The notes under the pieces: generated by a model
Databases searched by the model: none
Seen by the model: the letters and a program-made list of their open reading frames with translations, nothing else
Told to the model about the DNA's origin: nothing
Program-made: the position numbers and the translations under genes
Origin: Rebecca billardiae RCC1528
Taxonomy: Eukaryota > Protista > Haptophyta
DNA length: 64,000 bases
Direction of reading: 5' to 3'
NCBI GenBank assembly: GCA_965240325.2
Contig: OZ251231.1
Coordinates: forward strand, 806,001-870,000
Part shown: in pieces, positions 56,612-64,000 of the stretch
How positions within the stretch are numbered: position 1 is the stretch's first letter
How the letters are laid out: every line of letters begins with the position of its first letter

Positions 56612-58795
56612 TTATTCGTTGCCGTTTGCGACGGAGGAGCCCTGGATAGCCATCTGCTCCTTGAGGCGGAGTTCCTCCTCCTTAAGGGTGCCATCGCTCT
56701 CGAGCAGCCCCTGCGCGGCGAGGCGGAGAAGGGCAGAAAGGGCGCAACGGCAGGACAGGTGCTGCGATGAGCAGGCTGGCTGCCGACAGCAGGCAGACAG
56801 GTTGCGCGGCTGGACGGCGCAAAGGGCCGGGCGCGCGCCGCACCTCGACAGCCAAGAACTCCATGATCGTGAGTGGCGACATGCCGACGATGTGCGGGGT
56901 GAGGCCGAAGCGCGTGGACGAGGGCGGCGGATCGGCCCCGGCAGGCGCGCCCGTGGGCAGCGCCGCATCTGCCACTGCGTTGACCACGTCGGTCATCCCG
57001 ATCACACTCCCGCCGCTGCCGGCTGGATTCGTGTGGCCGGGCAGGTTGGGCACATCAATCGAGAGGTCGCGCACACCCTTTGGCCTGCGCAGGCCGACGC
57101 TGGGCGCGCAGGCCATCGGCCCAGCCTGCGCGCCGCCGCTTGCGCCTTCGCCTCCGCGCGGCGATGCGGCAGCGCGCGCGTGGATCCGTCCGGAACGCCG
57201 AGAGGGCGCCAACTCGTCCGCGGACGGTGCCGCCGCCGTCGCCAACGGCGCGAGCGCCGCCCCAGCGACGGCGATGGCCCCGTCCGCAGGCGGGGCAGGC
57301 GGGTGCAGCGGAGGCGCGCCCAGCGGCCCCTGCTCCCCCGGGCCGAGCGGCGACGGTCTTCTGAATCCCGAGGCGCTGAATTTGCGCGCACCAAGCGACG
57401 GAGGCGGCGGCGCCATGCTGTTGTTCGGCGCAGCTGCCGCGTCCGCCGGGTGCGCAGCATGCACGCTGACGGCAGCACCATGCAGCCCGGCGGCCGGTAC
57501 TGGCGGCTGCCCGAGCTGCGCGACGCTCGGATGCATGCCGCCGACGGCCGCCGATGCCATCGACGGGCCGCCGCCCAGCGCGAACGGCCGCCCCGGGCTC
57601 ATGATCGGCGTGGGCGGCGCGAGCGTCGAGAAGTCGATGTGCATGCCCGTGCCTGAGGGCGTGAGCAGCTTGTCCACGCCCGTGGGCGTGAGCACCCAGT
57701 CGGACGGCACGGACTGGATGCCCGGCGGCGCGCCCGAGCAGACGGGCGGCGCGGCTCCCGCGTTGGGCTTGATGCCCGTGGTGATGATGTGGTTCAGGAA
57801 CATCGTCGCCGTCTGCAGCTCGCTCGAGTTCCCCGCGCGCAGCAGCGACAGCAGCGCCGAGAAGGCCAGCACCTGCTTCGAGTTGCTCGTGCCCGCCTGC
57901 GCAGGCGAGAGCAGCGACTCGTCGTGCATGACGCCCAGGAGCAGCTGGGACAGCGGCGACGTCGGGTTGGCGTTGAGGAGCCGCTTGATCGCCTGGAACT
58001 CTGCGCTGGTGGCCGGCACCTGCGTCGATGTCGGCGTCGCCAGCGCGCCAGGCGTCGGACCCGTGCGCGGCATCTTTGGCGGCCGAGCGTCCGCCACCCC
58101 GTTGAGGCGCAAGCCAGCCTTGGCGACCTCGGGCTTGAGGGCGCGCATGCCGTGGCGGGACTGCAGCGCGGCGATGCGTGGGTCCTCTTCCTCGATCTCC
58201 GGGTTGTACGGCCCCAGCTCCTCCTCGCGCTGCTTGAACGTCTGGCGAAGCGCCGAGTTCCAGTGGTTCTTCACGGCATTGTCCGTGCGGCCGGGCAGCA
58301 GCTTGGCAATCTCGGCCCACTTGTTCCCGAAGCGCCGGTGGCCTTCGAGGAGGACGGCATCCTCCTCGGCAGTCCACGCGTCCTTCTTGATGTTCTCGTC
58401 CAGCTGGTTGTGCCACCTGAGCGCGCGCGACCAGTGCACCATGCCGCTCAGCCAGATGCCGCAAGATTCGCTCGCGGGCGATCGCAGGCGGTGCGCGCAC
58501 CTCTCGCGGCACTGCTTGCCATTGCGCCCTTGCAGGTGGGAAGCGATCAGCGTCCACTGCTGCGTCCCAAACTTGGTCACCAGATCCCGCAGCTGGTCGT
58601 CCTCCTGCGCAGCACACACGTGAGTGGCGGCCGCATCGGCGCTCAGACGCGCCACAGCGCAACGCGCGGCGCGCGCCAGGCATGACCGGAGCTAGAGGTG
58701 ACGCCTGCGCGCACATCTTTGCTCCACGCGCGGCGGTGGGACTCGGAGGCAGCCTGCAACGAGCGGTGCGATATGACAGGCCGCTGCGTCGCCAT
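56612..58795 (-). CDS. Two-repeat (R2R3-type) MYB transcription factor (introns 58605-58714, 58417-58500, 56711-56843)
   Basis: The spliced product reads RRAWSKD|EDDQL...W..IA..L.GRNGKQCRER|WHNQL...KKDAWTAEED...GNKWAEIAKLLPGRTDNAVKNHWNS, with a last exon GLLESDG...GNE*. Confidence 0.92.
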
Positions 58796-59372
58796 CGCCC
58801 CCACACTACTGCGGGACAGAGGCTCTTCCGCAGCCCTCGTTCGCCAAGCAGTGCGAGTCGAACCCCTCCACCGTGCAGTCCGGCTGTGGATCCGTGGTTT
58901 GGGGGGAATCCGGAAAACTAGTGCGGGCGTGCTCCCAAGTGAGTGTCGGTTCGTCAATGGATGCTGTAAGCGCAGGTACAACATTGTGACATCGAACAGT
59001 ATCAAGTGGGTACAGGGTTTACGAGGTTCTCCACTACTGACTGCACTCTCCCAGCCTGAAGAGCTACTCCGATTGCATCGGGGACCATCAAAGTTCTCGC
59101 GCCCACCCGGTGGCACGGGCGGCTCGGGGCTGCCACCCGTCCTCGCGATCGGGGCTTCCCATGGGGGAGCCGCGCTTGGTCGGAGACTGCTCGCCGACGA
59201 GTGACCTTGCCAAGGAGCGAGTGCACCACGAGATACGGCTCGGACTGGCGATCTCGGCGAGAGGCACACGTGCACCGCTAGGCGTTGTGCGCGCTCATGC
59301 GCGCGGGACGCTGCCCGCGACGGTGAGCATTGACAGCTTGGCTCGGCTCACCCCTTTAGATGACCTGCAGGC

Positions 59373-60292
59373 GATGAGCGACAGGCCGAATCGACGGATG
59401 GACGCGTTAAGCATGTCAAGTGGTGGCATGATGCACCACCTGCGCTACAAAACGGCCAACGTCGACGCAAGTGACGACGAGGACGGGCCCCCTAAAAGGC
59501 GGGTTATTCTCCCGCTCGTCGAGCCGCCACGCACGGTAAGGCCGCACCCGGCGCCGCGAGCGCGCGACGGTGCAGGTCCCTACCACTCACGTGCATCGCT
59601 GCCTGCGCGCCCACCCGTCTCGCCGGCCTGGCCTGCGCCGCGCAGGCAAACAGGCGCACGAGCCGTTATGGCTTTGCCACTCGCGAATGCGATGTGATCA
59701 TGCCGCATCTTCAGGCCATGAAGTATCAGCCCGAGTACGCCCGTCACACGTCACGCGAGGCTCGTGCAACATCGCCCTCCGCGACAACACTTCCGCCTTT
59801 GTTGGCCAAGGGCGCTCGTGCGCGTGGCGCGCACAAGGGTGCGCGCGCCGCAGTGCGTCACTCCATTTGACCTTGCCGGTCTCTGCCGTGAGTGAGGCTT
59901 AGCGTCGTGGCGATGGTCCCATCAGCTGAAGGTCCATGCAGGTTTTACGGCGCGATGCATCGCAGGTGGAAGCACCTCGTCGAGCACGCGCAGCGCTTGG
60001 GCTGGTGACATCGCCGCTCCGAGAGCAACGACCAGCGCAGACGCGATCGGGCTCATTGCGGAAGACAATCACGCTCACGCCCACGGACGCGGAGTCGCAA
60101 GTCCCCGAGTCCCGCCCGATCAGATCTGCATCAGCAGAGCAGACAGTCTCACCGTCGCGGGCGTCGGTGCCCACGCCTCGCGACGTGCCGCCCCGGGAGG
60201 CCGGGACCACGGCACGTCGGACGTCCCGGGGCCGGAATCGTGATGAACTTGTCGCTCGATCAGGAACTCGGCATCAGTGGGCATCACGCTGA
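59373..60292 (+). CDS. Possible spliced hypothetical gene divergent from the MYB gene
   Basis: MSDRPNRR...DASDDEDGPPKRRVILP followed by a GTAAGG donor (about 59536) and disordered S/R-rich frames. The structure is unresolved. Confidence 0.3.
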
Positions 60293-60619
60293 TGAGTGAT
60301 GACCGCCCGACTAAATTAGTATTATTATAATTAGATCGATAACACTGATGACTAATTAAGCTACTTAATATAAGCTCGTAATAACTTACTGAAAAATCAA
60401 CTGATTACTCTCATGAGCAGTATTATACTAACTATAAGACTCGGTGCCACTCATCACGGTTCAGAGTACTACTACCGGGCCGGGCACCTGCCCGCAGCCA
60501 GCTATTGGGCCCGGTACTGAGACTCATCAGACTGCAGTTGGCCGCAGGCGCAAGTGCCGAGTCCCGCGGCCCGTCCGGTCCGTGAGAGTCTGCCCGTGTG
60601 TGCGTCTCTCGTATTCATA

Positions 60620-60620
60620 T

Positions 60621-60651
<31 letters not shown>

Positions 60652-60660
60652 GTATGTATA
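60620..60660 (+). repeat. (TA)n/(TATG)n microsatellite
   Basis: Directly visible. Confidence 0.95.
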
Positions 60661-61394
60661 CGACGCGCACACGGATAACTGACGGCAGTGGATAACGAGC
60701 GCCGAGTGGCCTGGAGCCCACGCGGTCCGCTCACAGCTAATGCTCGCATAGCAGGCACTGTTTCTTGGCCCGACAGCCCCGCCCGGCCCACTCGGCTGAG
60801 TTTGACTGACAGACTGAGACTCTTAGGCTTAGCAGCTAGGTTTGAAAACAGACTACGCCGATACAGTATCGAGGGGAACCGAGGCCCAGAGCGGAGCCGA
60901 GCGCCCTGTCTGAATCAGGTGGGGGCACCCTGACAGCGGACGACATTGTTTGTAGTACTGCTTACGCGACGACAAGTTTGGCACTCTTCTCACTTAGACA
61001 CCGCGAACTGGCACTGAGAAGTGGCACTGGCAGCCGACTACTTCGATGCAAGGCGCGTGATGGCTTTACGTCGGTACTGACGCGTCGTTTAGTCTTACTC
61101 GTTTGACTTTAAAGTAGTATGTTGAGCTGACGAGGCCAGGGGCGCGCATCTCAGCAGATGGCGTCGCCGGCGGTGAGTCAGGGCCGGTGCTGCAGCAGGC
61201 AGACCGGCGGCGCAGCTGCTGCAGAGCAGCAGTGCGGATGAACTGGCACAGTCTGGGGCACGCATCTCAGCAGATGGCGTTGCCGCTGGGGTGTCAGGGC
61301 TGGCGCCGCATCAGGCGGGCCGGCAGCAGCAGCTGCTGCGGAGCAGTGGCTGGCAGCGCGCGCGTCCAGGACGCGCGCGGCAGCAGACGCGCGA

Positions 61395-61710
61395 GCGCGG
61401 AGCAGCGCGGGCGCAGCGGCGCGGGCGCGGAGCAGCGCGGGCGCAGCGGCGCGGGAGCGCGGAGCAGCGCGGGGCGCGCGGAGCAGCGCGGGCAGCGCGG
61501 AGCAGCGCGGAGCAGCGCGGAGCAGCGCGGAGCGCGCGGAGCAGCGCGGAGCAGCGCGGAGCAGCGCGGAGCAGCGCGGAGCAGCGCGGAGCAGCGCGGA
61601 GCAGCGCGGAGCAGCGCGGAGCAGCGCGGAGCAGCGCGGAGCAGCGCGGAGCAGCGCGGAGCAGCGCGGAGCAGCGCGGAGCAGCGCGGAGCAGCGCGGA
61701 GCAGCGCGGG
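61395..61710 (+). repeat. 10-bp minisatellite (GGAGCAGCGC)n, roughly 30 units, degenerate at the left
   Basis: Directly visible. Confidence 0.95.
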
Positions 61711-61764
61711 CGTCATGCTGGTACACTGGATTTGTCCAAGGAAAGCAGGTGAGCAGCACCGGAC

Positions 61765-62480
61765 ATGGACGAGAAGCAGTGGTACAAAGTTGAGCGGCAA
61801 CAGGACGGACGGTGCGATCGCCGATTGGCTGATCGCGGCAAAATCTGGGTAAGTCGGCACGGCGATGATACTACCGCCCCGAGCCCAGGAGCGATCGGAG
61901 CTCGATCGCTGTTTTGGCCCGGCGCAAGAGCGCCGGAAATAAGGGCCAGGTTCAGAGGCTTGAGAGCTGATGAGATCGCGAGGCATGTGATCCTCGCGGT
62001 GGCGTCCGTCCTGTCGTGCGCGGTGAGCTTTTAGCAGGGCTCGAGACGCTCGGAGCTTGCGGTAATCCCAATATGCGCGCAGCAACCCCAGGGAGGGAGT
62101 TGTCCGCACTGTCCTTTCTCATCGATTGGGCTGATGGGCACGAGCGGCCGCGGTTGCAGGATGGGCGGAACGAGGAACTCTGGCGTCGCATGGAATGCAG
62201 CAGAGGTTCCTGGCCGAGAGCGCGGGCAAACTGGCGACGCTCTCGATGGGGCATGGCGCTACGATGCCAGGGATCATCGGCATCATCTTCGCGCATGGCC
62301 CGGACGCGGAACTTCGCGTCGATTGGGAGGAACAGTACCTGTCGGTGATGAGCCCGACACGACAGCCTCCCGGAAGCTCACGATTGGATCTGAGCGGATG
62401 CAGCTGGTGCAGGAGAACTACTGCGTGCAGCGGCGGATGACTGAGCAGCGCTACTGGCACGATCGGCGCGAGCACGCACC
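61765..62480 (+). pseudogene. Degraded coding remnant with a chromodomain-like start (MDEKQWYKVER...RGK)
   Basis: Protein-like patches in shifting frames; weak motif only. Confidence 0.25.
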
Positions 62481-62760
62481 CCGAGCGCCGGGTGGCTGCA
62501 CGGCAGCTGACGGCGGCGACGGCGGGCTCGGCGATCTACTCGGAGGGGCTGGCTCATCAACCTGTCCGGTGGTCTAGGGCACCGGATGGCGGCTGGCAGC
62601 TGGACTGGGTTTTGCGGTCCGGCTGGCACGGCTGGCACGACCGGACTGGACACAGGTCCGGCGGTTGGCACACCCGGATCTATCGGAATCGTCCGGGTGG
62701 AATCTGGCGACACGAGCGCCGTTACGGCGGCGGGCAGTGCTTGGCACTGGTCCTACGCCG

Positions 62761-63010
62761 GCAGCTGACGCGAGGCGCAGCTGGCAGTGCCACCGAGATG
62801 GCGGCGCTGGCGCGACTGTTGAGTCGCGGGAATCGCGCGCGCGCGAGGCGCGAGCGCGGGATCATGACGGGGCGGCGCAGCGGTGCCGAGACTACGTCTG
62901 CAGCTGACGCGAGGCGCAGCTGGCAGTGCCGCCGAGACGGCGGCGCTGGCGCGATCTTTGAGTCGCGGTATCCGCGCGCGCGCAAGGCGCGAGTGCGGGG
63001 TGACGGCGGG
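62761..63010 (+). repeat. Two imperfect ~140-bp-period direct repeats (GCAGCTGACGCGAGGCGCAGCTGGCAGTGCC...)
   Basis: Copies start at about 62762 and 62900. Confidence 0.8.
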
Positions 63011-63605
63011 GCAGTGCATGGCACTCGGCCCACGCCGGGAGGTTCAGCTCGATTCCATGCTGCGGGCCGAGATCATTCGGCGGCAGGTGGGGACCCGACG
63101 CTGAGGCGTCGGAAGCACACGCACGGCGCAGGACGCCGGTGCGGCGTGTGTGCGCGCAGCAGCGCGCGGCAGTGGCTCGGCGGCGCTGGGCGCACCGAAC
63201 CAGGTGGTCGTACGCCCGGTGGTGGCGGCGGCACCCACACGTCCACGCACGAAGCTCATCGCCTGGCTCAGGCGGCGGTGGCGACGGCGGGGATCGTGGC
63301 GGCGGCCAAGACGGCGGAGAGATACCGACTGGCTGCGAGGGCGGAGGAGGCAGCGGCGGCGGCGATCAGCGCGCGCCGCGCGCGGAGCAGCTCCGTGGCT
63401 TCAACGTACTCTGGTACGTATGTCGTGTAGACGACGGACGTCTCTTCACTTGCGTGACGTACGCATCGACGAGACCGACCTGGTCGAGGGGGGGCACTCG
63501 TCGCTGGGCGCACCTGACGGTGGCGCGTACGTGGGTGATGGTGACGGCGCCGCGGTAAGCGGCGGACATCGTCCAGTCGGCGGTGACGCCGACGGTGAGG
63601 ACGAG

Positions 63606-63913
63606 GACGGCGACGGCGGCGAGCAGCCAGCCGACGCCGGGAATGACGACGCGACAGAGTTCGACGTCGGGTACGACGACGACGCAGATGCGTCAACGTC
63701 GGGGCGCGGGCGCAGCAGCGTGGACGCGGGACAGCGCGGGTGCAGCAGCGCGGGCGCGGATGACGGCGACGGCGGCGAGCAGCCAGCCGACGCCGGGAAT
63801 GACGACGCGACAGAGTTCGACGTCGGGTACGACGACGACGCAGATGCGTCAACGTCGGGGCGCGGGCGCAGCAGCGTGGACGCGGGACAGCGCGGGTGCA
63901 GCAGCGCGGGCGC
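63606..63913 (+). repeat. Near-perfect 156-bp tandem duplication
   Basis: GACGGCGACGGCGGCGAGCAGCC... starts at about 63606 and 63762. Confidence 0.9.
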
Positions 63914-64000
63914 ACAGCCGTCGACGCCGACGCCGCAGGGCGGGCGTGGCGGGACAGGCGCGTCGATGACGCAGCCGGGTCGGCAGGGTCAGATACCGCC

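Noticed and set aside
61178-61852. ORFs with SAEQRGAARS / CSALLRAAPR repeats
   Set aside because: They are translations of a 10-bp minisatellite.

Overview
Very GC-rich eukaryotic DNA. The short GTGCGC...CGCGCAG introns and a HemD with a signal-peptide-like leader suggest a secondary-plastid alga, probably a haptophyte (inference). Host genes: a 4-TM membrane protein, ALG3, MUS81 head-to-head with a HemD/UROS-like gene, a small SHOCT-like protein, a 51-aa PIGBOS1-like microprotein absent from the ORF track, a DUF427 protein, a ferlin-type multi-C2 protein divergent from a full-length ABCA transporter, a PhyH-family dioxygenase and a two-repeat MYB factor. The intergenic space is full of mobile elements. 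The main finding is a 6.2-kb DNA transposon (9838-16041). Its ends start with the V(D)J RSS heptamer CACAGTG and share a spaced tripartite TIR, it has a 2-bp TSD, and it encodes a RAG1/Transib/CMC-like DDE transposase that appears to lack the canonical Zn ligands. It sits inside a Helitron2/Helentron-like element, which sits inside another one carrying USP-protease and HTH fragments. Also present: two 1527-bp TTAA-flanked palindromic elements whose centres are flipped relative to each other, a split-direct-repeat (Ngaro/PAT/TOC1-like) non-autonomous element, a hAT-like element and a foldback element. Family assignments come from motifs recognised by eye, not from searches.
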